Virus record (IMG/VR): IMGVR_UViG_3300012664_000223
Coordinates: 1-30,091 of that record
DNA: 30,091 nt
Strand: one strand, 5' to 3'
Source of the DNA: a virus
Lineage: Duplodnaviria > Caudoviricetes
Made by a program: the position numbers and the translations under genes. Positions 1-9,126 of the stretch are shown piece after piece. The stretch's first letter is position 1; each line of letters opens with the position of its first letter. Under the pieces are notes generated by a model. It searched no databases. It saw nothing but the letters and a program-made list of their open reading frames with translations, and was not told the DNA's origin.

Positions 1-55
1 ACCTTGCCTGTGAAATCAGAAACACCGTAATCATATTCCATGACTGAGATGTAAA
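1..55. repeat. 55-bp terminal direct repeat (copy 1); circular assembly overlap
   Basis: 1-55 is identical to 30037-30091, and a reading frame continues in phase across the junction. Confidence 0.97.
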
Positions 56-2831
56 CTTTAACATTCCACACTGTCTCAGTAGGCATGGTTATTACACCAT
101 TATTAATGCCGTCTAAGAATAAATCTACATCAGTTGGATTGGATGCCATCTCACCTACTCCCATAAGCTGAATAAAGCCATGTTGGCTTCGCCCTGGTAT
201 AGTTGTTCCAAAGTCACTTGCTCCATCGTACCAAGTACCACCGCCAAAGTGCACACCTCTTACATCTGCCTCTGCCCATCTGCCCATCACTGTAGTGCCT
301 TCAAGATTAGGCCTGATAAAGTTGCGATAACCCATGGCTTGGCTGTAGTTATTGTTAGGACTAACGCCATGACCTAAGCCACTAACAAAAATGCGCTCGT
401 TATTATTCTCAATTTCTGCACGAACTACGTTACCCATTCCGGTAGCGCTCTTTTGATTACCACTTGTATTAGTGATATTGCTACCGCCTGAGTTATTTGG
501 TGAGCCGATTATACCGCCTGTGCCATTCGTTAAAGTAGATGCATAACATCTGCCTTTTACTCCGCTCCAAGTATAGCCGTAATATTCGCAGCATGTTTGT
601 GAGCCATAACTTGTATCTCCATCGTAATCTAAAAACTCTACTGCTCCTGTGCTTACGTTAATGGTAGATGGTGTAAACTCACATAGCGCTCCGATGTCAA
701 GTAAACGAATAAGCTTGCACTTTGTTACTTGCTCATCTGCTACAATATAATCGGTTAATTCTATTACTCTCCACCATGAATCTTTAACCCAAATCTTATC
801 GTTAAATTTTAAGCCAAATACATCGGTTACAGATAACTTAAAATAAGCTTCCATTATTTTCTGCTCTGAATCGTAAAGCTCTGCGATATAATCTCTCCAA
901 TATCTATCAAAGAGTGTGTGTAATGGCATCGTCTCTATTGGATGCGGAGGAATCTCCTGCCCGAAGTTTAGGTCATTTGTACCTATCTCCGTTGGAATAG
1001 ATTCGTAATGGCTAAGTAGTGGGATGATAGTAAAGCTCGCCTCTTCTGCTACCTCATCATAGACCATAACTACAGCACTCTCTTCGTTAGCTCTTCTATA
1101 AAGTATGCGAGGCCCAGGTGTCATGAACTCACCTTTCTCGTTGAAGTATTTAGGGATGATGTAGTTAGTATTAGGAATAAGGTCACAAGGTGAAGCGCCA
1201 AAGGTTAACTCCACTGTATAATCACTTGTGCTGAAATCATTGCCTGGATCAGTTAATCTTAACTCACCATAGATGCGCTGTGCTCCTGTCTTATACTTAG
1301 CATTGAAGAAATCTCCCTGCTCTTTGTAGCTCCACTTCAATAATCTCTTTCTGATATCTGAAGCAGGAGTAAGTACGATGTCTTTAGATAGATCAAGCTT
1401 GCCTGTCCAATCGTAATCCTCACCGCTGCCTAAATATTCTACCATTGGAATAATCTCAACAGCGTTAGGCATGTTAGGATTAGGCACAAGCACTGCGTTA
1501 AACATCTTGAGAATGTCGCGCAAGTAATCTACTTGTTTCATTTCAGGTGCGTTGAGTGCTATCTGAACTGGATAGGCATAGTTTAAGCCTGTAACATAAT
1601 AGAATGAAGCAAAGCTATCTGCTTTAATTTCTACGCTTTGAGAGCTTCCTTGATGAGCAAAAATATAAAGCGTGTATACATCACCATCTTGTACATCTAA
1701 TTGAAAATTAGAATATACATGAAATGGATTAACAGGAGTAGTAGGCTGCCATCCTATACCTTGCGTGTATTGCAATGATGTAGGGCCTACTCCCATAGAT
1801 AGTGGGAATGGTATAAATAATTCAGTTCCACCCCTCACCCTCTTGCACATAATATCATACACGTGCTGAGTATCGGCAGAATATCCTGTAGTGTCTACTT
1901 CAATAGTTAAGTCAATTTCAAAAGATGCTTGAAAACTTCCTTGAGCAGTATAAGCATTAGATGCCCAGCTGTTTGATGGATCACTTATTTCAGTCCATCC
2001 TGTAAGCTGCTTGAAATAATTACTTTGGTCACCTTGAACATTGATATTAAATGCTGTATCTGTAGCAAATTCTACCTTAAACTTTGCCTCATCATTGCTT
2101 AATCCTTCTGTTCGTGGCCCTGTTATGTAAGGCACGTACATCCTTTCTAACTCAGCGTCTAATGTATCTCCGCTATAGGTAAAGCCTGCCTCTGTGATAA
2201 TCTTATTCAAAAGCCATTTAGCCTGAAGCGCTAAAGTTAATTCACCGGTATAGATAGGATTAACTGAACTAAAGATTCTTCTGCTACCTATTGCGCTATC
2301 TTCACTCCAATTCTGCCCACGATCAGTAAGCGTATAGCATGCTGCTCCATCGAATAGGCTGCTATCATTTATAGCATTAACATTCTCAAATGTATTATCG
2401 TGCTCTAAATCTGTGTAATCTAATTCTTTTAATAACTTATCTCCAATGCTGCGAGCTAAGTCAACAGTCTCTCCAAAGAATGCTATAACAAATTCATGTA
2501 TTTGCCCCTGGTGCGTAACAGCTTGCTTAAATTGTATGTGCCCCTCAGCTATTGGTAAGGTATCTACTGAAAGAGTTGCCTCTATCTTGCGAAGTACATT
2601 AATCTGAGTAGTGTCATCATTAAGTAAGTTAGCGTTATACTGCTGACCGAAGAAATCTACATTTGCTTTCGTTGCAGGTATTCTAAACTCACGCGAGAAA
2701 GCGCCCCTGGTAGTAAACTCAGAGATGCTGTTAAAATTAGATGAGTAACTGATGCTCTCATTCTCGTATAAGTCTACTACTACAGCAGCTCCATTGCTTG
2801 CCTTAACTGTTAGAATTACTGATGGCTTCAT
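1..2831 (-). CDS. Large tail-tip/baseplate structural protein, 5' part (~1023 aa total; continues across the circular junction to 29796)
   Basis: Not in the ORF track because it runs off the edge. ATG at 2831 overlaps the upstream TGA (ATGA) and reads MKPSVILTVKASNGAAVVVDLYENESISY...FSREFRIPATK. Same frame as ORF 29796-30077 after circularisation (2831-41 is divisible by 3). I checked the frame at both ends, not codon by codon. Product call is from position and recalled motifs. Confidence 0.85.
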   Translation of the reverse strand, partial: MKPSVILTVKASNGAAVVVDLYENESISYSSNFNSISEFTTRGAFSREFRIPATKANVDFFGQQYNANLLNDDTTQINVLRKIEATLSVDTLPIAEGHIQFKQAVTHQGQIHEFVIAFFGETVDLARSIGDKLLKELDYTDLEHDNTFENVNAINDSSLFDGAACYTLTDRGQNWSEDSAIGSRRIFSSVNPIYTGELTLALQAKWLLNKIITEAGFTYSGDTLDAELERMYVPYITGPRTEGLSNDEAKFKVEFATDTAFNINVQGDQSNYFKQLTGWTEISDPSNSWASNAYTAQGSFQASFEIDLTIEVDTTGYSADTQHVYDIMCKRVRGGTELFIPFPLSMGVGPTSLQYTQGIGWQPTTPVNPFHVYSNFQLDVQDGDVYTLYIFAHQGSSQSVEIKADSFASFYYVTGLNYAYPVQIALNAPEMKQVDYLRDILKMFNAVLVPNPNMPNAVEIIPMVEYLGSGEDYDWTGKLDLSKDIVLTPASDIRKRLLKWSYKEQGDFFNAKYKTGAQRIYGELRLTDPGNDFSTSDYTVELTFGASPCDLIPNTNYIIPKYFNEKGEFMTPGPRILYRRANEESAVVMVYDEVAEEASFTIIPLLSHYESIPTEIGTNDLNFGQEIPPHPIETMPLHTLFDRYWRDYIAELYDSEQKIMEAYFKLSVTDVFGLKFNDKIWVKDSWWRVIELTDYIVADEQVTKCKLIRLLDIGALCEFTPSTINVSTGAVEFLDYDGDTSYGSQTCCEYYGYTWSGVKGRCYASTLTNGTGGIIGSPNNSGGSNITNTSGNQKSATGMGNVVRAEIENNNERIFVSGLGHGVSPNNNYSQAMGYRNFIRPNLEGTTVMGRWAEADVRGVHFGGGTWYDGASDFGTTIPGRSQHGFIQLMGVGEMASNPTDVDLFLDGINNGVITMPTETVWNVKVYISVMEYDYGVSDFTGK

Positions 2832-4108
2832 GCTGTGTAATCGTTGCTAAATTTCAATGTTAATTCTAAGTCTGTTTTCGCGTAGCTGCGAGTTTTAATT
2901 GCAGTGTAGTTATTGCTATCTATTAGCACAGGTGTAGCTGAGCCATTTGGATTAATGATGTATACTGATTCAGAGTAAATAAGATTCTTAAGGTATTCGA
3001 ATTGTCCCTCTGTTAAGAAGTCAGTTCTAATACGTAGCATCTTTTCAACGAATGGACTGCGCTCAGTCATGCCTCTATCATAAGTGTTAAAGCCAAACGC
3101 TTCGCCTGCATCTGCAGTACCGTAGTTACCTATTACCTTTCTGTAGCGCTTGCGCTCCACTGAGTAACTTTCCTCACTACGTTTAGTAAAATTAAAATAG
3201 TCCCATCCACCTCTGCTGTTAGTCCATCCTAATCTTATCTTCTCGAATCTACATTCGTCTGCTGCCTTGAATATTGCTAATGATCGTGCAGCTGGGTTGC
3301 CTCCTGACTTTCTAAAGTTAAGTAGGTAGTGATGCCAGTTAGCATCTAATGCAAACATCTCATTAATGTTAGCAGGTAATAGTGGTAGATGGTTAATCCA
3401 CCCTTCAGCTATCGTGCAAGCTAAAACATCAGTTTGCACTGGTGAGCCTGCTGCATTGAATTGAACTATCTGCACATCAAAAATATCATTGCCTATTAAG
3501 CTTGCGCCATCATCAGCAGGAATAGTTAGCACTCCATAATCATCTGCAAAAGATGTTATGCCTATCGTGTTAGCGCCTAAAGAATACTTGTTGAGCATGT
3601 CATCTAACGCATAAGTGCTACGTACTAAATCACTCATGATATAGCTTGTTCCTGAGCTAAGTGCAAAGTGTGTAGCAGGATTAGGATTAAAGCCATCACT
3701 AATCTGAAACGCTGCATTGATTAAAGCGCTGCCATCCAATGTATATTCAGTAGCCTGCACAGTGAACACGCCAAGCACCTCATAGCCTTCTTGTATAATT
3801 GTGCTAATGCCTAAAACATTACGCGATGTATCCGCATCTTGCACCGTTATAGATGCAAATAATGAAGGAACTGAGTCAGTGCTATTTACTCCCAAATCCA
3901 TTGCAGAACTTACTACAGGGTTAAGGTCAAACACTAAAGCGCCATTGATGTTAGGCTGCACGTAAAAGACATTAGAAGTAGTGCCATTGCTAACAGTTAT
4001 CACATAGCGAAAGCCAGGCTGTCCTATGTTTGAAGATGTAGCCACTACGATAAGCTTTTGCTTAAGTGCTGTAAAGACGTATGGCTGCTGATGTATTGTA
4101 ATTGCCAT
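2828..4108 (-). CDS. Tail structural protein (distal-tail-like)
   Basis: 426-aa ORF; C-terminal W-x-N-x-x-GG-x-DY-F motif recalled from Bacteroidota siphovirus tail proteins; directly upstream of the large tail protein. Confidence 0.65.
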   Translation of the reverse strand: MAITIHQQPYVFTALKQKLIVVATSSNIGQPGFRYVITVSNGTTSNVFYVQPNINGALVFDLNPVVSSAMDLGVNSTDSVPSLFASITVQDADTSRNVLGISTIIQEGYEVLGVFTVQATEYTLDGSALINAAFQISDGFNPNPATHFALSSGTSYIMSDLVRSTYALDDMLNKYSLGANTIGITSFADDYGVLTIPADDGASLIGNDIFDVQIVQFNAAGSPVQTDVLACTIAEGWINHLPLLPANINEMFALDANWHHYLLNFRKSGGNPAARSLAIFKAADECRFEKIRLGWTNSRGGWDYFNFTKRSEESYSVERKRYRKVIGNYGTADAGEAFGFNTYDRGMTERSPFVEKMLRIRTDFLTEGQFEYLKNLIYSESVYIINPNGSATPVLIDSNNYTAIKTRSYAKTDLELTLKFSNDYTA

Positions 4109-4731
4109 TATGCAGGTTTAATATTAGTTAGTTTTCTTGTTTGGTTTAAGATATAGATGTAGACAGCTTCGCCCATTGCCTCGTTAAGCTGTGCTCCATA
4201 TTCAGGCAGTGTCTCTAAGTAAGCTTCTCTCCAATAGTATAGTGGTGCTATACCTTTCTTCTCAATGCTTTTCGCCATTGCATTAGCTACTCTTCTGCGC
4301 TGGTCTTCATCTTTGTTTATTGCTGACTTAGCGAATTTAGTTCTTCTGCCTGTCTCACCTATTGAACGTAGCTTAATCTTCTTTAAGTTCATCCAATTAA
4401 GAATGGCATCTACCGGAGGCTTAGCTGCTCCTGCTGCGAAGCGTGTATCTATTCCCTTGTAATTGCTCTCCTTACCTTGCCTTCCATATTCCACCCACTT
4501 AGCATAGTCTGCTGATGAGTTGAATGATATAGATGGAGTAGTACCGGTTACATCCATGTCATAGTAGAGCGAAGCTGCGAGTGTGCCTGTTGTGTTAGCT
4601 CTTCGTTTCTTGCCATACCTCGTTTGCTGAATTCTAATGTTAGAGCGTGCGCGATCCGTAACGGTCTCACCGAAATCTAAAAGCACATCGTATAGTGCTC
4701 CCTGCTCAAATAGCTCAGCAAGTATGCTCAT
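4108..4731 (-). CDS. HK97 gp10-like neck/tail-completion protein
   Basis: Basic 207-aa ORF with TGTLAAS, YAKWVEYGR and PP-x3-I-x2-W motifs. Confidence 0.6.
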   Translation of the reverse strand: MSILAELFEQGALYDVLLDFGETVTDRARSNIRIQQTRYGKKRRANTTGTLAASLYYDMDVTGTTPSISFNSSADYAKWVEYGRQGKESNYKGIDTRFAAGAAKPPVDAILNWMNLKKIKLRSIGETGRRTKFAKSAINKDEDQRRRVANAMAKSIEKKGIAPLYYWREAYLETLPEYGAQLNEAMGEAVYIYILNQTRKLTNIKPA

Positions 4732-4850
4732 TCTTTATCTGCTTCCTCTTTTATCTTGTTGAAGAATTGAATCAATGGTAAGCCAAACTTTGTAGGCATC
4801 TCTTGAATGAAAGCGTCAAGTTGCTTCAAGTGTTCCTCTGTTAAGTTCAT
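4728..4850 (-). CDS. Small hypothetical protein (40 aa), possibly fibre-associated
   Basis: MNLTEEHLKQLDAFIQEMPTKFGLPLIQFFNKIKEEADKE; fills the gap exactly and has an ATGA overlap with the next gene. Confidence 0.8.
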   Translation of the reverse strand: MNLTEEHLKQLDAFIQEMPTKFGLPLIQFFNKIKEEADKE

Positions 4851-4851
4851 A

Positions 4852-5121
4852 TTAGAAAGATAAAATTGTTACTCCTATTGCGTTTGCAACGCATTGCTCT
4901 ACCCACGTGTTGTCTTCACCCCACGCTGCGAACTCTTGCTCGGTCAATGTGTAGTTACCATTGCTTAAAACCTTTGAAGGCACTTCTTCAGTTGCTTCAG
5001 ATTTTAACTCGTAGTAAGTAGTGCAAGTTGTTGCAGATGTTTCGAAGTTGAGAATGAGAACACTCATCTCTGTTGCCGTTCCCTGATTCAAAGGGAATAC
5101 GATTGGTTGAATTTTAGCCAT
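4852..5121 (-). CDS. Hypothetical protein downstream of the fibre gene (possible fibre assembly protein)
   Basis: 89-aa ORF with A-rich leader, directly after the fibre gene. Confidence 0.7.
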   Translation of the reverse strand: MAKIQPIVFPLNQGTATEMSVLILNFETSATTCTTYYELKSEATEEVPSKVLSNGNYTLTEQEFAAWGEDNTWVEQCVANAIGVTILSF

Positions 5122-5133
5122 TGTTTATATTAT

Positions 5134-7119
5134 TTATATTACGAAAGTCCACCCTGTTGATTTGTTCACATAAAGTCCTTCTACTGCATCGGTGCAATAA
5201 ACTATTAAACCAACCGCAGGAGATGCTATTGCTAACCTTTGAGCGTTAGTCATTCGCGGAGGAAGGAAGCCTTTTGTAGTTGATGCAAGAGTTAAAATAG
5301 AAGATGCGACGTTTGTAGTTGTGCCTATTAACACATTTCCAAGATAATTAACACGCATTGCTTCCGTTGGTGAAGAACCTTGAGAAACTCTAAAAACTAA
5401 ATCTGCACTTCTAAAAGTTTGAGTGTTTAAAGCATCTATGTAAGCCACATCTTCAACAGCACCACTTCCTATCTTTAAACCGAAATTTATCCCTGTTCCA
5501 AAACCTGCTATAACCGTAGGCCCTGAATTTGCTTTTAAATTTAAAACTCTACCAATTCCTGTATTAAAAGTGAAGTTCGCGTTTAAATCTAAAGTCACAG
5601 CAGGTGAAGATGTACCAACCCCTAATCTATTGTTTGTGTTATCCCAATAAAACCCTGTTCCAAATTGAGCATTTCCCTGCACCCTCGCCGTTCCATTCAC
5701 ATCGAGCTTGTAACCTGTGTCTGTTGTTGTGCCGATTAACACGTTGCCGTTTGTTCCAATTCTCATTCTTTCGACTCCATTTGAAGCCAAATAAATCCCA
5801 ACTGCACTACTGAATTTTATCCATTCACGCGAAATGCTATTTGTGTTTCCTATACCACCACCGTCTTCAATGGTTATATTTCCATTGACATATAATCTTT
5901 GATTATAAACACCATCTGCTCCATTGATATGAACTCTACTTGGTAATAACCTTGCGTTAGTATTGTCCCAAAATAGATTAGCTGATTCCTGCAACACATT
6001 GCCTGTTCCTTCAAACAACACGCGACCAACAGTTCCACTTGCTATGGCTGTTGTGCCAACCGTTAAGCCTGTGGCAATTGTGAATGTTCTATCTGCGCTT
6101 AAATCTTGAGTAGTGCCGTTAATCGTGAGCGTTCGCGTTTCGGGAACTAACCCTGCAATAGATGGAATGGTAGGCTTATTCAATATCTGCGCTACTCCGC
6201 TCGTTGCGTTCCAATCTGAGTTAACCTGAGCAGCTGGTATAGTTGGCTTGTTTAAAATCTGAGCATCTCCACTTACTGCATTCCAATCTGCATTAACATT
6301 CACCTCTGCGCCTGCTTCAATGCCTGCGAGCTTGCTCTTTTCTGCTGTTGTATAATCTTCAGTAGATAGCCCTTTACCTGCTACCTTATCCACCTTATCA
6401 GATTGAAGCGCTGCTATATCATCTACTATAGAAATAATAGTAGCGCAATCAGGTAAAGTCTCACAAGTGAGGCCGACATTATCTACAATAGCATACCATC
6501 CCTTAACTCCACTGCTATTAGTACCATAGTAGTAAGAGTTACCTGGTGCTTCTTCGTCATTAAGCAAGCTAACAAAAGCACCGTTCTGATCTAAGCTCTC
6601 AATAAATTGAAGTGCTCCCCATCCATCACTTCCTGAATCAGTTGGAGTGTTATAGTTCCAGCTTGCAGGAATAGAGCATGCGCTCCAATCGTAATCTAAC
6701 TGCAGCTCAATAGTACCGGTCACACCTGTTAAAGTGTGAGTGTATTGCTCAACGAATGGCTCAGAGTTTACAGGGCGAGTGAGCACCACATCAGAGCCGA
6801 ACATATTACCTAAGTAAATCTCGTTAATTAAGTCTTGAAAGATAAGTGAGCAGTCAGTAATTGATTCTGCCTGATATCCTGTCTTATCTTCCTTATCTCT
6901 TGGAAGGTCAGATATGAATATCTCAAACTGAAATGAACGAGTTCCAGGTGAGTAGTTAATAGCGCGAGGCTTAACGTGCAGCCATGGCCACTCTGCCTCT
7001 TTCTCTAAATCGGCTTGGCTAATCTCACCATGCGTAAACCTGCGCAGTTGGAAATGCCCTGCTGCGAACTGTCTAAACCTATCTACAATGACGTTATAAG
7101 TATAATTGATTGTGCTCAT
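5134..7119 (-). CDS. Tail-terminator-like N-terminal domain fused to a fibre/receptor-binding region
   Basis: N-terminal ~150 aa resembles tail-completion/terminator proteins. Then DKVDKVAGKGLSTEDYT, tandem DWNA-x-SG-x-AQILNKPTIP repeats, GNVLIGTTT beta repeats and an STTKGFLPPRMT motif. Confidence 0.6.
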   Translation of the reverse strand: MSTINYTYNVIVDRFRQFAAGHFQLRRFTHGEISQADLEKEAEWPWLHVKPRAINYSPGTRSFQFEIFISDLPRDKEDKTGYQAESITDCSLIFQDLINEIYLGNMFGSDVVLTRPVNSEPFVEQYTHTLTGVTGTIELQLDYDWSACSIPASWNYNTPTDSGSDGWGALQFIESLDQNGAFVSLLNDEEAPGNSYYYGTNSSGVKGWYAIVDNVGLTCETLPDCATIISIVDDIAALQSDKVDKVAGKGLSTEDYTTAEKSKLAGIEAGAEVNVNADWNAVSGDAQILNKPTIPAAQVNSDWNATSGVAQILNKPTIPSIAGLVPETRTLTINGTTQDLSADRTFTIATGLTVGTTAIASGTVGRVLFEGTGNVLQESANLFWDNTNARLLPSRVHINGADGVYNQRLYVNGNITIEDGGGIGNTNSISREWIKFSSAVGIYLASNGVERMRIGTNGNVLIGTTTDTGYKLDVNGTARVQGNAQFGTGFYWDNTNNRLGVGTSSPAVTLDLNANFTFNTGIGRVLNLKANSGPTVIAGFGTGINFGLKIGSGAVEDVAYIDALNTQTFRSADLVFRVSQGSSPTEAMRVNYLGNVLIGTTTNVASSILTLASTTKGFLPPRMTNAQRLAIASPAVGLIVYCTDAVEGLYVNKSTGWTFVI

Positions 7120-7125
7120 ATCTTA

Positions 7126-7134
7126 TAGTGGAAA
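7126..7134 (-). promoter_or_regulatory. TTTCCACTA motif; putative late promoter element
   Basis: The same TTCCACTA 8-mer recurs at 14218, 26882 and 27624, all at gene boundaries. Confidence 0.5.
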
Positions 7135-7405
7135 TTAAGTTAGCTTTTGTTGCATGCTGTTAGCGTAGTCCATCGCGTAGGTCAAATGGGTGAATATTGT
7201 TGAAGCTCTTGTTTTAGTGATTGCATCGAACTTAGTTACATCTCTCTCTGCCATCTCCTCTATGACGTGCCACCATTGGTAGACTGAAGCTAATGTTTCA
7301 CCTCTTCGGCTAACTGACTGATCTCCTTCTTCAGCCTCTCCAGCTCCTGCTCTAAATATTCGGGTGTATTGCTCACTAAATCGTTTCTGAGTGTCGAAAA
7401 AAAAA
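7135..7405 (-). CDS. -1 frameshift extension of the tail assembly chaperone (gpGT-like)
   Basis: Slippery C TTT TTT TTT C (A9 at 7397-7405 on +). The -1 frame is open: FDTQKRFSEQYTRIF...YQWWHVIEEMAERDVTKFDAIT...QQKLT, stop at 7135-7137; it fills the 7135-7290 gap. Confidence 0.8.
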
Positions 7406-7874
7406 GCAGCGCAGCATTTACATTGGCTAAGTTTAGCTTGCGCATTTGAGGCGCATACTTAAGATGCACATCACTGTCATACTCCTCTATTTTGTACTGC
7501 ATATTAATCTCAGCTGTTACCGGTCTATAGAGAATACACATTAGTTCAGGTAGCTGATGGGGGAAGTTCTTACTCAGCTCAGACAAATCTAACCACTCTC
7601 CAAACGTCATAGATTTAAGGTTAGGATGAAAGCCGAACTTAATACCATCTATCTCTATAAATTGCTTAAATACCTTCTCATCATTCTTTAAACCATTAGC
7701 GTAAGCTGTCACAATTTTTTCAATTTGTGTGACATCAATCTTCCTGATGTCATCGCGCTTAAGCCCTGTGATGGCTTGAATCTGACTAACAGTATCTTCC
7801 CCCGCAGCCATGAAATCTACGTACGTGCCGAGCGTTTGGTCACTGTACTTAGTGCTTATTATCTTGTCGCTCAT
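7290..7874 (-). CDS. Tail assembly chaperone (gpG-like)
   Basis: Likely start MSDKIIST at 7874 (TAATG overlap with the upstream stop); FGFHPNL-x2-MTFGEWLDL and ILYRP motifs; slippery site at LLFF. Confidence 0.75.
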   Translation of the reverse strand: MSDKIISTKYSDQTLGTYVDFMAAGEDTVSQIQAITGLKRDDIRKIDVTQIEKIVTAYANGLKNDEKVFKQFIEIDGIKFGFHPNLKSMTFGEWLDLSELSKNFPHQLPELMCILYRPVTAEINMQYKIEEYDSDVHLKYAPQMRKLNLANVNAALLFFSTLRNDLVSNTPEYLEQELERLKKEISQLAEEVKH

Positions 7875-8194
7875 TAGTCTCTTCTTTTTAATCCTATTGA
7901 CCACAAGTAAGAATCTACTTCTTCAGGCATGCTTTCCATTTTATTCTTTAATTCTGTAAAATATTCGACATCATCGGCATCACACTTCTCTAAAATTTTA
8001 CCGCTCAATATTTCAAGAACAATAAATTCTTTAGATCCAGTCTCAAATTTCTCAAGTGTTATCAAATTATTTTTATCTAACAATTGAAATACAACATATT
8101 TTTTTAATGTTGCTTCATAAACATAACTTTCTAAGTCTTTCTTTTTTTCAATCTTGACCTTGTCAAATTGAATTAAGTCAATTATTTTGCTCAT
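7874..8194 (-). CDS. Hypothetical protein (AT-rich, moron-like)
   Basis: 106-aa ORF, visibly more AT-rich than its neighbours, between TerS and the chaperone. Confidence 0.7.
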   Translation of the reverse strand: MSKIIDLIQFDKVKIEKKKDLESYVYEATLKKYVVFQLLDKNNLITLEKFETGSKEFIVLEILSGKILEKCDADDVEYFTELKNKMESMPEEVDSYLWSIGLKRRD

Positions 8195-8598
8195 ATGTTT
8201 GTACCGTCTATAGTTATGTTAATGCTCTTAATCTCTGTGCTCAGCTCTTGTCTCTCAATATACCCTCTCTGCTTGCCTTGAGTCTTTAGGTAGAATATAA
8301 CAGCAGATGTGTTAGGTGCATCCTTAATTGTTACTACCTCTCCATCATGAGTTAATGCCTGGCGCTCTGCTCCCTCCATTAGCTTCTTAAGCTGCGACTC
8401 TGCGAAGTCTAAAGCTACATTCTTAAGCGAAGCTACAGCAGCTGCATATTCAGCATCATCTTTGAGCCACTCATAGTGAGTCTTTCTATTCATGCCTATC
8501 TTCTCAGCTGCCTCAGTTACGTTACCAAGCGAAGCCGTAAGTGCCTGAAGCATAGCATCTTTTTTGATAGTTACATTTTGTCCTTTGTCTTCCTCCAT
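8191..8598 (-). CDS. Terminase small subunit (HTH type)
   Basis: LGNVTEAAEKIGMNRKTHYEW HTH and C-terminal AVIFYLKTQGKQRGYIE motif. Confidence 0.75.
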   Translation of the reverse strand: MEEDKGQNVTIKKDAMLQALTASLGNVTEAAEKIGMNRKTHYEWLKDDAEYAAAVASLKNVALDFAESQLKKLMEGAERQALTHDGEVVTIKDAPNTSAVIFYLKTQGKQRGYIERQELSTEIKSINITIDGTNI

Positions 8599-8951
8599 TA
8601 CGCTAACTTATTCTTGAAATGTGTTATTAACTGCTCCATCTTAGAGTCGTAGTATTTAGCAAATGTAGTAAATCCTTCACTATCAGCTTCATAAACTCTA
8701 AACATTATACCTCTCAAGCGTTGAGATGGTTTCTTAAGTGTATCTTCTAACTCTGATTTAAGTGATTCTACAGCATCTAACTCTTCTCTCCTAAAGCTCT
8801 CATCTTTGAATGCAAGATAACCGAACTGATTGGCTGTGCCAAATAGCTCAGCTGCTTGTGCCGGTGAAAGCTCGTTAGTGCCAAAGGTAAGCTTGAGAGT
8901 CTTATCCTTTCTTGTGCCTACTGCTTCAAGCTGTGCTGGTATTAATATCAT
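8598..8951 (-). CDS. Conserved hypothetical phage protein
   Basis: 117 aa with TRKDKTLK and KPSQRLR motifs; TAATG coupling to TerS. Confidence 0.75.
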   Translation of the reverse strand: MILIPAQLEAVGTRKDKTLKLTFGTNELSPAQAAELFGTANQFGYLAFKDESFRREELDAVESLKSELEDTLKKPSQRLRGIMFRVYEADSEGFTTFAKYYDSKMEQLITHFKNKLA

Positions 8952-9126
8952 ATTTTTGGATTACAATCGAAAAAAACTATAATAATTTTAGATTTAACAC
9001 TCGACTTTAGCTTAGTGTGTTTGTGTTAGCAGTTCCTAAGTATCTAACACAGCTAATTGGAATAGTGTAGCTCTCACCTCCAATGGGCTCTCCTGTGGCG
9101 CTCATTTCTGAGTAGGAGGCACAATA

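Noticed and set aside
1-55. Terminal repeat as a biological DTR or att site
   Set aside because: It lies mid-gene and its 55-bp length equals a common assembler k-mer; best explained as circular overlap
5134-6300. Diversity-generating retroelement or shufflon acting on the fibre
   Set aside because: No reverse transcriptase or invertase; the repeats are short, direct and not adenine-specific variants
9075-9122. HDV-like (theta) ribozyme suggested by GCCTCCT, or a tRNA
   Set aside because: The P3 partner (GGC) and nested pseudoknot could not be built; no cloverleaf or TTC T-loop seen
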